Below are positions 1 through 14,450 of a DNA stretch of 64,000 nucleotides, in pieces. The notes beneath the pieces were generated by a model. That model did no database searches and was not told where the DNA came from. It worked only from the letters and a program-made list of their open reading frames with translations. Origin of the DNA: Eledone cirrhosa (Eukaryota); NCBI GenBank assembly GCA_964016885.1, contig CAXHJY010001211.1:1-64000 (forward strand), in the 5' to 3' direction. Each line of letters opens with the position of its first letter. The stretch's first letter is position 1. The translations under genes were made by a program, and so were the position numbers.

Positions 1-3000
1 CCTCTACCCTGCTCCTGTTTCTTCGCCCTACTTGTGTCCTCTACCCTGCTCCTGTTTCTCTGCCCTACTTGTGTACTCTATCCTGCCTCTGTTCTCCGCC
101 CTACTTGTGTCATTTACCCTGCCTCTGTTTCTCTGCCCTATTTGTCTCCTCTACCCTGCCTCTGTTTCTCTGCCCTATTTGTCTCCTCTACCCTGCCTCT
201 AATTCTCTGCCCTACTTGTGTCCTCTTCCCTGCCTCTAATTCTCTGCCCTACTTGTGTCCTCTACCCTGCCTCTGTTTATCTGCCCTACTTGTGTCCTCT
301 ACCCTGCCCCTGTTTCTCTTCCCTACTTGTCTCCTCTACCCTGCTCCTTTTTCTTCGCCCTACTTGTCTCCTCTACCCTGCCTCTCTTTCTCTGTCCTAC
401 TTGTGTCCTCTACCCTGCCTCTCTTTCTCTGTCCTACTTGTGTCCTCTACCCTGCCCCCTCTTTCTCTTCCCTACTTGTGTCCTCTACCTGCCTCTGTTT
501 CTTTCCCTACGTGTGTCCTCTACCCTGCCTCTGTTCTCCGCCCTACTTGTGTCCTCTACCCTGCCCCTGTTTCTCTGCCCTACTTGTGTCATCTACCCGG
601 CTTCTGTTCTCCGCCCTACTTGTTTCCTCTACCCTGCCCCTGTTCTCCGCCCTACGTGTGTCCTCCACCCTGCCTCTATTTCTATGCCCGACTTGTCCTC
701 TACCCTGCCTCTCTTTCTCCGCCCTACTTGTGACCTCTACACTGCCCCTGTTTCTCCGCCCTACTTGTGTTCTCTACCCTGCCTCTCTTTCTCTGTCCTA
801 CTTGTGTCCTCTACCCTGCCTCTCTTTCTCTGCCCTACTTGTGTCCTCTACCCTGCCCCTGTTTCTCCGCCCTACTTGTGTTCTCTACCCTGCCTCTCTT
901 TCTCTGTCCTACTTGTGTTCTCTACCCTGCCTCTCTTTCTCTGCCCTACTTGTTTCCTCTACCCTGCCTCTCTTTCTCTGCCCTACTTGTGTCCTCTACC
1001 CTGCCCCTGTTTCTCCGCCCTACTTGTGTTCTCTACCCTGCCCCTGTTTCTCCGCCCTACTTGTGTTCTCTACCCTGCCTCTCTTTCTCTGTCCTACTTG
1101 TGTCCTCTACCCTGCCTCTCTTTCTCTGTCCTACTTGTGTCCTCTACCCTGCCTCTCTTTCTCTGCCCTACTTGTGACCGCTACACTGCCCCTGTTTCTC
1201 CGCCCTACTTGTGTTCTCTACCCTGCCTCTCTTTCTCTGTTCTACTTGTGTCCTCTACCCTGTCTCTCTTTTTCTGCCCTACTTGTGTCCTCTACCCTGC
1301 CCCTGTTTCTCCGCCCTACTTGTGTTCTCTACCCTGCCTCTCTTTCTCTGTCCTACTTGTGTTCTCTACCCTGCCTCTCTTTCTCTGTCCTACTTGTGTC
1401 CTCTACCCTGTCTCTTTCTCTGCCCTACTTGTGACCTCTACACTGCCCCTGTTTCTCCGCCCTACTTGTGTTCTCTACCCTGCCTCTCTTTCTCTGTCCT
1501 ACTTGTGTCCTCTACCCTGCCTCTCTTTCTCTGTCCTACTTGTGTCCTCTACCCTGCCTCTCTTTCTCTGCCCTACTTGTGTCCTCTACCCGGCTTCTGT
1601 TCTCCGCCCTACTTGTTTCCTCTACCCTGCCCCTGTTTCTCCGCCCTACTTGTGTCCTCTACCCTGCCTCTGTTCTCTTCCCTACTTGTGTCCTCTACCC
1701 TGCCCCTGTTTCTCTTCCCTACTTGTCTTCTCCCCTGCCTCTGTTTATCTGCCCTACTTGTGTCCTCTACCCTGCCTCTGTTTCTCTGCCCTACTTGTGT
1801 CCTCTACCCTGCCTCTGTTTCTCTGCCCTACTTGTGTCCTCTACCCTGCCTCTGTTTCTCTGTCCTACTTGTGTCCTCTACCCTGCCTCTGTTTCTCTTC
1901 CCTACTTGTGTCCTCTACCCTGCCCCTGTTTATCTGCCCTACTTGTGTCCTCTACCCTGCCCCTGTTTCTCTGCCCTACTTGTGTCCTCTACCCTGCCTC
2001 TGTTTCTCTGTCCTACTTGTGTCCTCTACCCTGCCTCTGTTTCTCTGTCCTACTTGTGTCCTCTACCCTGCCTCTGTTCCACTGCCCTACTTGTGTCCTC
2101 TACCCTGCCTCTGTTTCTCTGCCCTACTTGTGTCCTCTACTCTGCCTCTGTTTCTCTGCCCTACTTGTGTCCTCTACCCTGCCTCTGTTTCTCTGCCCTA
2201 CTTGTGTCCTCTACCCTGCCTCTGTTTCTCTGCCCTACTTGTGTCCTCTACCCTGCCCATCTTTCTCTGCCCTACTTGTGTCCTCTACCCTGCCCCTGTT
2301 TCTCTGCCCTACTTGTGTCCTCTAAACTGCCCTGTTTCTCCGCCCTACTTGTCATCTATCCTGCCTCTCTTTCTCAGCCCTACTTGTGTCCTCTACCCTG
2401 CCCCTGTTTCTCTTCCCTACGTGTGTCCTCTACCCTGCCCCTGTTTCTTCGCCCTACTTGTGTCCTATACTCTGCCTCTGTTCTCTGTCCTACTTGTGTC
2501 CTCTACCCTGCCTCTGTTTCTCTGCCCTACTTGTGTCCTATACCCTGCCTCTGTTCTCTGCCCTACTTGTGTCCTATACCCTGCCTCTGTTCTCTGCCCT
2601 ACTTGTGTCCTATACCCTGCCTCTGTTCTCTGCCCTACTTGTGTCCTATACCCTGCCTCTGTTCTCTGCCCTACTTGTGTCCTCTACCCTGCCTCTGTTC
2701 TCTGCCCTACTTGTGTCCTCTACCATGCCCCTGTTTCTCTTCCCTACGTGTGTCCTCTACCCTGCTCCTGTTTCTTCGCCCTACTTGTGTCCTCTACCCT
2801 GCCCCTATTTATCTGCCCTACTTGTGTCCTATACCCTGCCTCTGTTCTCTGCCCTACTTGTGTCCTCTACCCTGCCTCTGTTTCTCTTCCCTACTTGTGT
2901 CCTCTACCCTGCCCCTCTTTCTCTTCCCTACTTGTGTCCTCTACCCTGCTCCTTGTTCTTCGCCCTATTCGTGTCCCCTACCCTGCCTCTCTTTCTTTGT

Positions 3001-6000
3001 CCTACTTATGTCCTCTATCCTGCCACTCTTTATCTGCCCTACTTCTGTTCTGTCCTCTACCCTGCCTCTCTTTCTCTGCCCTACTTGTGTCCTCTACCCT
3101 GCCTCTGTTTCTCTGCCCTACTTGTGTCCTCTACCCTGCCTCTGTTTTTCTGCCGTACTTGTTTCCTCTACCCTGCCTCTGTACTCCGCCCTACTTGTGA
3201 TCTACCCTGCCTCTGTTCTCCGCCCTATTTGAATCCTCTACCCTGCCTCTGTTCTCAGCCGTACATGTGTCCTCTACCCTGCCTCTCTTTCTCTTCCCTA
3301 CTTGTGTCCTCTACCCTGCCTCTCTTTCTCTTCCCTACTTGTGTCCTCTACCCTGCCTCTCTTTCTCTTCCCTACTTGTGTCCTCTACCCTGCCTCTCTT
3401 TCTCTTCCCTACTTGTGTCCTCTACCCTGCCTCTCTTTCTCTGTCCTACTTGTGTCCTCTACACTGCCCCTCTTACTCTGCCCTACTTGTGTCCTCTACC
3501 CTGCCTCTCTTTTTCTGTCCTACTTGTGTCCTCTACTCTGCCTCTGTTTCTCTGCCCTACTTGTGTCCTCTACCCTGCCTCTCTTTTTCTGTCCTACTTG
3601 TGTCCTCTACTCTGCCTCTGTTTCTCTTCCCTACTTGTGTCCTCTACCCTGCCTCTGTTTCTCTGCCCTACTTGTGTCCTCTACCCTGCCTCTGTTTCTC
3701 TGCCCTACTTGTGTCCTCTACCCTGCCTCTGTATTCCGCCCTACTTGTGTCCTCTACCCTGCCTCTGTTCTCCGCCCTACTTGAATCCTCTACCCTGCTC
3801 TGTTCTCAGCCGTACTTGTGTCCTCTACCCTGCCTCTGTTTCTTTTCCCTACTTGTATCCTCTACCCTGCCTCTGTTTCTCCCCTACTTGTGTCCTCTAC
3901 CCTGCCTCTGTTTCTCTGCCCTACTTGTGTCCTCTACCCTGCCTCTGTTTCTCCGCCCTACTTGTGTCCTCTATCCTGTTCCTGTTTCTTTTCCCTACTT
4001 GTATCCTCTACCCTCCCTCTGTTCTCTGCCCTACTTGCATCCTCTACCCTGCCTCTGTTCTCAGCCCTACTTGTGTCCTCTACCCTGCCCCTGTTTCTCT
4101 GCCCTACTTGTCCTCTACCCTGCCTCTCTTTCTCTGCCCTACTTGTGTCCTCTACCCTGCCCCTGTTTCTCCGCCCGACTTGTCCTCTACCCTGCCTCTA
4201 TTTCTCCGCCCGACTTGTGTCCTCTACCCTGCCTCTATTTCTCTTCCCTACTTGTGTCCTCTACCCTGCCCCTGTTTCTCCGCCCTACTTGTGTCCTCTA
4301 CCCTGCCTCTGTTTTTTTGCCCTACTTGTGTCCTCTACCATGCCCCTCTTTCTCTGCCCTACTTGTGTCCTCTACCCTGCCTCTCTTCCTCTGCCCTACT
4401 TGTGTCCTCTACCCTGCCTCTGTTTCTCTGCCCTACTTGTGTCCTCTACCCTGCCTCTGTTTCTATGCCCTACTTGTGTCCTCTACCCTGCCTCTGTTTC
4501 TCTGCCCTACTTGTGTCCTCTACCCTGCCCCTGTTTCTCTGCCCTACTTGTGTCCTCTACCCTGCACCTCTTTTTCTGCCCTACTTGTGTCCTCTACCCT
4601 GCCTCTGTTTCTCTGCCCTACTTGTCGTCTACCCTGCCCCTGTTTCTCTGCCATACTTGTGTCCTCTACCCTGCCTCTGTTTCTCTGCCCTACTTGTGTC
4701 CTCTACCCTGCCCCTGTTTCTCTGCCCTACTTGTGTCCTCTACCCTGCCTCTCTTTCTTTCCCCTACTTGTCCTCTACCCTGCCTCTGAATCTCTGCCCT
4801 ACTTGTGTCCTCTACCCTGCCCCTGTTTCTCTGCCCTACTTGTGTCCTCTACCCTGCCCCTGTTTCTCTTCCCTACTTGTCTTCTCTACCCTGCCCCTGT
4901 TTCTCTGCCCTACTTGTGTCCTCTACCCTGCCTCTCTTTCTCTGCCCTACGTGTGTCCTCTACCCTGCCTCTGTTTCTCTGCCCTACTTGTGTCCTCTAC
5001 CCTGCCTCTGTTTCTCTGCCCTACTTGTGTCCTCTACCCTGCCTCTGTTTCTCTTCCCTACGTGTGTCCTCTACCCTGCCTCTGTTTCTGTGCCCTACTT
5101 GTGTCCTCTACCCTGCCTCTGTTTCTCTGCCCTACTTGTGTCCTCTACCCTGCCTCTGTTTCTCTTCCCTACGTGTGTCCTCTACCCTGCCTCTGTTTCT
5201 CTGCCCTACTTGTGTCCTCTGCCCTGCCTCTGTTTCTCTTCCCTACGTGTGTCCTCTACCATGCCTCTGTTTCTCTGCCCTACTTGTGTCCTCTACCCTG
5301 CTCCTGTTTCTTCGCCCTACTTGTGTCCTCTACCCTGCTCCTGTTTCTCTGCCCTACTTGTGTACTCTATCCTGCCTCTGTTCTCCGCCCTACTTGTGTC
5401 ATTTACCCTGCCTCTGTTTCTCTGCCCTATTTGTCTCCTCTACCCTGCCTCTGTTTCTCTGCCCTATTTGTCTCCTCTACCCTGCCTCTAATTCTCTGCC
5501 CTACTTGTGTCCTCTTCCCTGCCTCTAATTCTCTGCCCTACTTGTGTCCTCTTCCCTGCCTCTAATTCTCTGCCCTACTTGTGTCCTCTACCTGCCTCTG
5601 TTTCTTTCCCTACGTGTGTCCTCTACCCTGCCTCTGTTCTCCGCCCTAAGTGTGTCCTCTACCCTGCCCCTGTTTCTCTGCCCTACTTGTGTCATCTACC
5701 CGGCTTCTGTTCTCCGCCCTACTTGTTTCCTCTACCCTGCCCCTGTTTCTCCGCCCTACGTGTGTCCTCCACCCTGCCTCTATTTCTATGCCCGACTTGT
5801 CCTCTACCCTGCCTCTCTTTCTCCGCCCTACTTGTGACCTCTACACTGCCCCTGTTTCTCCGGCCTACTTGTGTTCTCTACCCTGCCTCTCTTTCTCTGT
5901 CCTACTTGTGTCCTCTACCCTGCCTCTCTTTCTCCGCCCTACTTGTGACCTCTACACTGCCCCTGTTTCTCCGCCCTACTTGTGTTCTCTACCCTGCCTC

Positions 6001-9000
6001 TCTTTCTCTGTCCTACTTGTGTCCTCTACCCTGCCCCTGTTTCTCCGCCCTACTTGTGTTCTCTACCCTGCCTCTCTTTCTCTGTCCTACTTGTGTTCTC
6101 TACCCTGCCTCTCTTTCTCTGCCCTACTTGTTTCCTCTACCCTGCCCCTGTTTCTCCGCCCTACTTGTGTTCTCTACCCTGCCTCTCTTTCTCTGTCCTA
6201 CTTGTGTCCTCTACCCTGCCTCTCTTTCTCTGTCCTACTTGTGTCCTCTACCCTGCCTCTCTTTCTCTGCCCTACTTGTGACCGCTACACTGCCCCTGTT
6301 TCTCCGCCCTATTTGTGTTCTCTACCCTGCCTCTCTTTCTCTGTTCTACTTGTGTCCTCTACCCTGTCTCTCTTTCTCTGCCCTACTTGTGTCCTCTACC
6401 CTGCCCCTGTTTCTCCGCCCTACTTGTGTTCTCTACCCTGCCTCTCTTTCTCTGTCCTATTTGTGTTCTCTACCCTGCCTCTCTTTCTCTGTCCTACTTG
6501 TGTCCTCTACCCTGCCTCTCTTTCTCTGCCCTACTTGTGACCTCTACACTGCCCCTGTTTCTCCGCCCTACTTGTGTTCTCTACCCTGCCTCTCTTTCTC
6601 TGTCCTACTTGTGTCCTCTACCCTGCCTCTCTTTCTCTGTCCTACTTGTGTCCTCTACCCTGCCTCTCTTTCTCTGCCCTACTTGTGTCCTCTACCCGGC
6701 TTCTGTTCTCCGCCCTACTTGTTTCCTCTACCCTGCCCCTGTTTCTCCGCCCTACTTGTGTCCTCTACCCTGCCTCTGTTCTCTTCCCTACTTGTGTCCT
6801 CTACCCTGCCCCTGTTTCTCTTCCCTACTTGTCTTCTCCCCTGCCTCTGTTTATCTGCCCTACTTGTGTCCTCTACCCTGCCTCTGTTTCTCTGCCCTAC
6901 TTGTGTCCTCTACCCTGCCTCTGTTTCTCTGCCCTACTTGTGTCCTCTACCCTGCCTCTGTTTCTCTGTCCTACTTGTGTCCTCTACCCTGCCTCTGTTT
7001 CTCTTCCCTACTTGTGTCCTCTACCCTGCCCCTGTTTCTCTGCCCTACTTGTGTCCTCTACCCTGCCCCTGTTTCTCTGCCCTACTTGTGTCCTCTACCC
7101 TGCCCCTGTTTCTCTGCCCTACTTGTGTCCTCTACCCTGCCTCTGTTTCTCTGTCCTACTTGTGTCCTCTACCCTGCCTCTGTTTCTCTGTCCTACTTGT
7201 GTCCTCTACCCTGCCTCTGTTCCACTGCCCTACTTGTGTCCTCTACCCTGCCTCTGTTTCTCTGCCCTACTTGTGTCCTCTACCCTGCCTCTGTTTCTCT
7301 GCCCTACTTGTGTCCTCTTCCCTGCCCCTGTTTCTCTGCCCTATTTGTGTCCTCTACCCTGCCTCTGTTCCACTGCCCTACTTGTGTCCTCTACCCTGCC
7401 TCTGTTTCTCTGCCCTACTTGTGTCCTCTACCCTGCCTCTGTTTCTCTGCCCTACTTGTGTCCTCTACCCTGCCTCTCTTTCTCTGTCCTACTTGTGTTC
7501 TCTACCCTGCCCCTGTTTCTCTTCCCTACTTGTCTTCTCCCCTGCCTCTGTTTATCTGCCCTACTTGTGTCCTCTACCCTGCCCATCTTTCTCTGCCCTA
7601 CTTGTGTCCTCTACCCTGCCCCTGTTTCTCTGCCCTACTTGTGTCCTCTAAACTGCCCCTGTTTCTCCGCCCTACTTGTCATCTATCCTGCCTCTCTTTC
7701 TCAGCCCTACTTGTGTCCTCTACCCTGCCCCTGTTTCTCTTCCCTACGTGTGTCCTCTACCCTGCCCCTGTTTCTTCGCCCTACTTGTGTCCTATACTCT
7801 GCCTCTGTTCTCTGTCCTACTTGTGTCCTCTACCCTGCCTCTGTTTCTCTGCCCTACTTGTGTCCTATACCCTGCCTCTGTTCTCTGCCCTACTTGTGTC
7901 CTATACCCTGCCTCTGTTCTCTGCCCTACTTGTGTCCTATACCCTGCCTCTGTTCTCTGCCCTACTTGTGTCCTATACCCTGCCTCTGTTCTCTGCCCTA
8001 CTTGTGTCCTCTACCCTGCCTCTGTTCTCTGCCCTACTTGTGTCCTCTACCATGCCCCTGTTTCTCTTCCCTACGTGTGTCCTCTACCCTGCTCCTGTTT
8101 CTTCGCCCTACTTGTGTCCTCTACCCTGCCCCTATTTCTCTGCCCTACTTGTGTCCTATACCCTGCCTCTGTTCTCTGCCCTACTTGTGTCCTCTACCCT
8201 GCCTCTGTTTCTCTTCCCTACTTGTGTCCTCTACCCTGCCCCTCTTTCTCTTCCCTACTTGTGTCCTCTACCCTGCTCCTTGTTCTTCGCCCTATTCGTG
8301 TCCCCTACCCTGCCTCTCTTTCTTTGTCCTACTTATGTCCTCTATCCTGCCACTCTTTATCTGCCCTACTTCTGTTCTGTCCTCTACCCTGCCTCTCTTT
8401 CTCTGCCCTACTTGTGTCCTCTACCCTGCCTCTGTTTCTCTGCCCTACTTGTGTCCTCTACCCTGCCTCTGTTTTTCTGCCGTACTTGTTTCCTCTACCC
8501 TGCCTCTGTACTCCGCCCTACTTGTGATCTACCCTGCCTCTGTTCTCCGCCCTATTTGAATCCTCTACCCTGCCTCTGTTCTCAGCCGTACTTGTGTCCT
8601 CTACCCTGCCTCTCTTTCTCTTCCCTACTTGTGTCCTCTACCCTGCCTCTCTTTCTCTGCCCTACTTGTGTCCTCTACCCTGCCTCTCTTTCTCTTCCCT
8701 ACTTGTGTCCTCTACCCTGCCTCTCTTTCTCTTCCCTACTTGTGTCCTCTACCCTGCCTCTCTTTCTCTTATCTACTTGTGTCCTCTACCCTGCCTCTGT
8801 TCTCAGCCGTACTTGTGTCCTCTACCCTGCCTCTCTTTCTCTTCCCTACTTGTGTCCTCTACCCTGCCTCTCTTTCTCTTCCCTACTTGTGTCCTCTACC
8901 CTGCCTCTCTTTCTCTGTCCTACTTGTGTCCTCTACACTGCCCCTCTTACTCTGCCCTAATTGTGTCGTCAAACCTGCCTGTCTTTCTCTGCCCTACTTG

Positions 9001-12000
9001 TGTCCTCTACCCTGCCTCTGTTCCACTGCCCTACTTGTGTCCTCTACCCTGCCTCTCTTTTTCTGTCCTACTTGTGTCCTCTACTCTGCCTCTGTTTCTC
9101 TTCCCTAATTGTGTCCTCTGCCCTGCCTCTGTTTCTCTGCCCTACTTGTGTCCTCTACCCTGCCTCTGTTTCTCTGCCCTACTTGTGTCCTCTACCCTGA
9201 CTCTGTTTCTCTTCCCTACTTGTGTCCTCTACCCTGCCTCTGTTTTTCTGCCCTACTTGTGTCCTCTACCCTGCCTCTGTACTCCGCCCTACTTGTGTCC
9301 TCTACCCTGCCTCTGTTCTCCGCCCTACTTGAATCCTCTACCCTGCTCTGTTCTCAGCCGTACTTGTGTCCTCTACCCTGCCTCTGTTTCTTTTCCCTAC
9401 TTGTATCCTCTACCCTGCCTCTGTTTCTCTGCCCTACTTGTGTCCTCTACCCTGCCTCTATTTCTCTGCCCTACTTGTGTCCTCTACCCTGACTCTGTTT
9501 CTCTTCCCTACTTGTGTCCTCTACCCTGCCTCTGTTTTTCTGCCCTACTTGTGTCCTCTACCCTGCCTCTGTACTCCGCCCTACTTGTGTCCTCTACCCT
9601 GCCTCTGTTCTCCGCCCTACTTGAATCCTCTACCATGCTCTGTTCTCAGCCGTACTTGTGTCCTCTACCCTGCCTCTGTTTCTTTTCCCTACTTGTATCC
9701 TCTACCCTGCCTCTGTTTCTCTGCCCTACTTGTGTCCTCTACCCTGCCTCTGTTTCTCCGCCCTACTTGTGTCCTCTATCCTGTTCCTGTTTCTTTTCCC
9801 TACTTGTATCCTCTACCCTCCCTCTGTTCTCTGCCCTACTTGCATCCTCTACCCTGCCTCTGTTCTCAGCCCTACTTGTGTCCTCTACCCTGCCCCTGTT
9901 TCTCTGCCCTACTTGTCCTCTACCCTGCCTCTCTTTCTCTGCCCTACTTGTGTCCTCTACCCTGCCCCTGTTTCTCCGCCCGACTTGTCCTCTACCCTGC
10001 CTCTATTTCTCCGCCCGACTTGTGTCCTCTACCCTGCCTCTATTTCTCTTCCCTACTTGTGTCCTCTACCCTGCCCCTGTTTCTCCGCCCTACTTGTGTC
10101 CTCTACCCTGCCTCTGTTTTTTTGCCCTACTTGTGTCCTCTACCATGCCCCTCTTTCTCTGCCCTACTTGTGTCCTCTACCCTGCCTCTCTTCCTCTGCC
10201 CTACTTGTGTCCTCTACCCTGCCTCTGTTTCTCTGCCCTACTTGTGTCCTCTACCCTGCCCCTGTTTCTCTGCCCTACTTGTGTCCTCTACCCTGCACCT
10301 CTTTTTCTGCCCTACTTGTGTCCTCTACCCTGCCTCTGTTTCTCTGCCCTACTTGTCGTCTACCCTGCCCCTGTTTCTCTGCCATACTTGTGTCCTCTAC
10401 CCTGCCTCTGTTTCTCTGCCCTACTTGTGTCCTCTACCCTGCCCCTGTTTCTCTGCCCTACTTGTGTCCTCTACCCTGCCTCTCTTTCTTTCCCCTACTT
10501 GTCCTCTACCCTGCCTCTGAATCTCTGCCCTACTTGTGTCCTCTACCCTGCCCCTGTTTCTCTGCCCTACTTGTGTCCTCTACCCTGCCCCTGTTTCTCT
10601 TCCCTACTTGTCTTCTCTACCCTGCCCCTGTTTCTCTGCCCTACTTGTGTCCTCTACCCTGCCTCTCTTTCTCTGCCCTACTTGTGTCCTCTACCCTGCC
10701 TCTGTTTCTCTGCCCTACTTGTGTCCTCTACCCTGCCCCAGTTTCTCTGCCCTACTTGTGTCCTCTACCCTGCCTCTCTTTCTCTGCCCTACGTGTGTCC
10801 TCTACCCTGCCCCTGTTTCTCCGCCCTACTTGTGTCCTCTACCCTGCCCCTGTTTCTCTGCCCTACTTGTGTCCTCTACCCTGCCCCTGTTTCTTTCCCC
10901 TACTTGTGTCCTCTACCCTGCCCCTGTTTCTCTGCCCTACTTGTGTCCTCTACCCTGCCCCTGTTTCTCTGCCCTACTTGTGTCATCTACCCTGCCCCTG
11001 TTTCTCCGCCCTACTTGTGTCATCTACCCAGCCCCTGTTTCTCCGCCCTACTTGTGTCATCTACCCAGCCCCTGTTTCTCTGCCCTACTTGTGTCCTCTA
11101 CCCAGCCCCTGTTTCTCTGCCCTACTTGTGTCCTCTACCCTGCCCCTGTTTCTCTGCCCTACTTGTGTCCTCTACCCTGCCCCTGTTTCTCTGCCCTACT
11201 TGTGTCATCTACCCAGCCCCTGTTTCTCTGCCCTACTTGTGTTCTCTACCCAGCCCCTCTTTCTCTGCCCTACTTGTGTCCTCTACCCTGCCTCTCTTTC
11301 TCTGCCCTACTTGTGTCTTCTACCCTGCCCCTGTTTCTCTGCCCTACTTGTGTCCTCTACCCTGCCCCTGTTTCTCCGCCCTACTTGTGTCCTCTACCCT
11401 GCCCCTGTTTCTCTGCCCTACTTGTGTCCTCTACCCTGCCCCTGTTTCTCTGCCCTACTTGTGTCCTCTACCCTGCCTCTGTTTCTCTGCCCTACTTGTG
11501 TCCTCTACCCTGCCCCTGTTTCCTTTCCCTACTTGTGTCCTCTACCCTGCCTCTCTTTCTCTGCCCTACTTGTGTCTCTACCCTGCCTCTCTTTCTCCGC
11601 CCTACTTGTGTCCTCTACCGTGCCCCCTTTTCTCCGCCCTACTTGTATCCTATACCCTGCCCCTGTTTCTCTGCCCTACTTGTGTCCTCTACCCTGCCTC
11701 TCATTCTCTGCCCTACTTGTGTCCTCTACCCTGCCCCTGTTTCTCTGCCCTACTTGTGTCCTCTACCTTTCCCCTGTTTCTCTGCCCTAATTATGTCCTC
11801 TATCCTGCAACTCTTTCTCTGCCCTACTTGTGTCCTCTACCCTGCCTCTGTTTCTCTGCCCTACTTGTGTCCTCTACCCTGCCTCTCTTTCTCTGCCCTA
11901 CTTGTGTCCTCTACCCTGCCTCTGTTTCTATGCCCTACTTGTGTCCTCTACCCTGCCTGTGTTCTCTGCCCTGTTTGAATCCTCTACCCTCCCTCTGTTC

Positions 12001-12270
12001 TCCGCCCTACTTGTGTCCTCTACCCTGCCCCTGTCTCTCTGCCCTACTTGTCCTCTACCCTGCCTCTCTTTCTCTGCTCTACTTGTGTCCTCTACCCTGC
12101 CCCTGTTTCTCCGCCCTACTTGTGTCCTCTACCTTGCCCCTGTTTCTCTGCCCTAATTGTGTCCTCTATCCTGCCTCTCTTTCTCTGCCCTACTTGTGTC
12201 CTCTACCCTGCCTCTGTTTCTCTGCCCTACTTTTGTCCTGTACCCTGCCTCTGTTTCTCTGCCTGTGTCC
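1..12270. repeat. 37-bp satellite/minisatellite array (consensus CCTCTACCCTGCCTCTGTTTCTCTGCCCTACTTGTGT, with 35-bp variants), open at the left window edge
   Basis: Unit read directly from the sequence over ~330 copies; + strand strongly C/T-rich; variant blocks recur ~5.3 kb apart (position 1 matches 5290). Confidence 0.98.
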
Positions 12271-13094
12271 AAACGGCCGTTTTGTGTTATGTTTACAGCC
12301 TGATTTCAATGTTCCAACTGAACTAAAATATCTATTTTTTTTAGTTTTCTGATTCTACACTGACCTCAGTGTTAAGGCAGCTGTTATTTTATAGTTTCAA
12401 ATATGTGTTAAGTGTTCTGATAATGTATATATAGTCTCTCTGTGAGGGGACGCTGTGAACTGAAACACATCATAGGTCATACCACTCATGATTTAGATTC
12501 TACTAATTACAACTTGGCCTGGAGAGGGGTTTGGGCTCCGCCAGGCTTATACCCCAGAAATACTGCATGCCAATACGGTGCCTCTATAACTAAATAGAGA
12601 TGAACGAGTAGAGTGGTTGTTAGCCGACTCCCACTTCTGGATCTGAGTTTTCAAATAACTGCTTCCACTGGCCAGACTAAAAGTAGTGACGGACTAGGGT
12701 GTTTACATAGGTACCACCAAACATTTCTAAGGTCCTTTGAAATACCATGGTGACACACGGTCAAACATCGAGTTACACTCTGATTGGCTGACCTAGTTAC
12801 ATGAATTTGATTAATATAGTATCGTTACTGATGGACTTGATTCCACTTTGTCGACATTTTCCAGGCATAAGAATGTCTATTTCATTAGTTGGTTTGGAGA
12901 AAAAGCGTCTGGAAATCATCGGTAATGCGAAGATAAATCTATTAATATAAATACTTCCAACTCCTAATTGATGTGTTGATTGCGCTTTTCTTTCATTTGT
13001 ACACACACACACCGACGAATATACATACCCTCGCATATACACACACATAATATATATATAATTCAACACACACGCACACGCACACACGAGAATT

Positions 13095-13270
13095 CTGAGA
13101 GATCTGTATGGTGTGGACGTCGATGTTTTCAAGAAACATCTTGACACTCTGCTATCCAGGATCGCGGATGAGCCGACAGTACTACCGTAACCTACGGCTA
13201 GCATCAACGAACCCCCTCTTACACCAGGGGACCGCCTGCACAGGCTGGAGATAGAATGTGTAGTAACAAG
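13095..13270 (+). mobile_element. Degenerate 3' fragment of a CR1/L2-like LINE
   Basis: + strand translates as DLYGVDVDVFKKHLDTLLSRIADEPT, resembling the FK..LD..L..PD.P C-terminus of CR1-type ORF2. Confidence 0.55.
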
Positions 13271-13475
13271 GGTGGTGCCCCAGCATGGCCGCAGCCGGAT
13301 GTCTGGAACAGGTAAAAGAGTATATATCGTATATGTATGCTTGCAAGTAGATTCGGACTACATGCATTACATGTGCTGCTACACGTGCATATGCTAACTT
13401 ATGTGCACATAAATATATATAGTATGTACCTGAAAGTGAGTATTCATGTAGGTGTGTACCTCTGCAAACTTGCAC

Positions 13476-13514
13476 ATCTCTCTCTCTCTCTCTGTCTCTC
13501 TCTCTCTGTCTCTC

Positions 13515-13565
<51 letters not shown>

Positions 13566-13575
13566 TTATCTCTCT

Positions 13576-13610
<35 letters not shown>

Positions 13611-13637
13611 ATCTCTCTTTCTCTCTCTCTCTCTCTG

Positions 13638-13668
<31 letters not shown>

Positions 13669-13669
13669 G

Positions 13670-13700
<31 letters not shown>

Positions 13701-13915
13701 GCCTCTCTCTCTTTCTCTCTCTCTGTCTCTCTCTCTGTCTCTCTGTCTCTATGTCTCTCCCTCTGTCTCACTCTCTCTCTCTCTCTCTCCGTCTGTCTCT
13801 CTCTCTCTCTCTCTCTCCCCGTCTGTCTCTCTCTCTCTCTCTCTCTCCGTCTGTCTCTCTCTCTCTCTCTCTCCGTCTGTCTCTCTCTCTCTCTCCGTCT
13901 GTCTCAGTCTCTCTG
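13476..13915. repeat. (CT)n microsatellite, imperfect
   Basis: Direct reading. Confidence 0.97.
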
Positions 13916-14450
13916 TCCCCCCCCCGCTCTCTGAGTCTATCTTACTTCCCTTGTCTATTTGCTCTCTCTCTACGCTTCCCTCCCTGTCCCTCTAGTGATA
14001 TCTCAGTTAATCCAGGTCCAAATATTCCACTCAACAGCCTCCTCCCCCCCCCCTCTCTCCCAGAAATATTTAACTCTCAATTAAATCTCCATCTCAATCT
14101 CAAGCAGATGCTTTAAACACGGCAGAGTATTTGACACGTGTATCGTGGATTAACTTTCACAGATCATCTCCTCTGGATACCTCAACACCAGATGAAGCCT
14201 TATTCCCCCCCCCCCCTCATCATCACAGATCATTCACAGAGCCAATCTCCTCTCCAGTTACCTTAATGTAACCTTAAGGAGCAACAACACTCCGCCTCGC
14301 CACTAGCTGGGTAGGGGACTAGCCATTTACAGTATGATTTTATTCCCGCGAGAGGAAGAATTGAACTCACACATTTGGTGCAAGAAATACTCAGTAATTC
14401 CATTGTGTTGCCGTCATCACTTCCAGTTGATTGACATTACATTTAATTAC

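Noticed and set aside
34-12352. Very long Pro/Cys/Leu/Ser-rich ORFs (up to 1252 aa)
   Set aside because: Open in all three + frames because the 37-bp unit lacks stops; unit length is not a multiple of 3 and indels shift frames freely
12436-12475. Hammerhead-like CTGTGAG...GAAACACATC
   Set aside because: Core is defective and stems I-III do not pair convincingly
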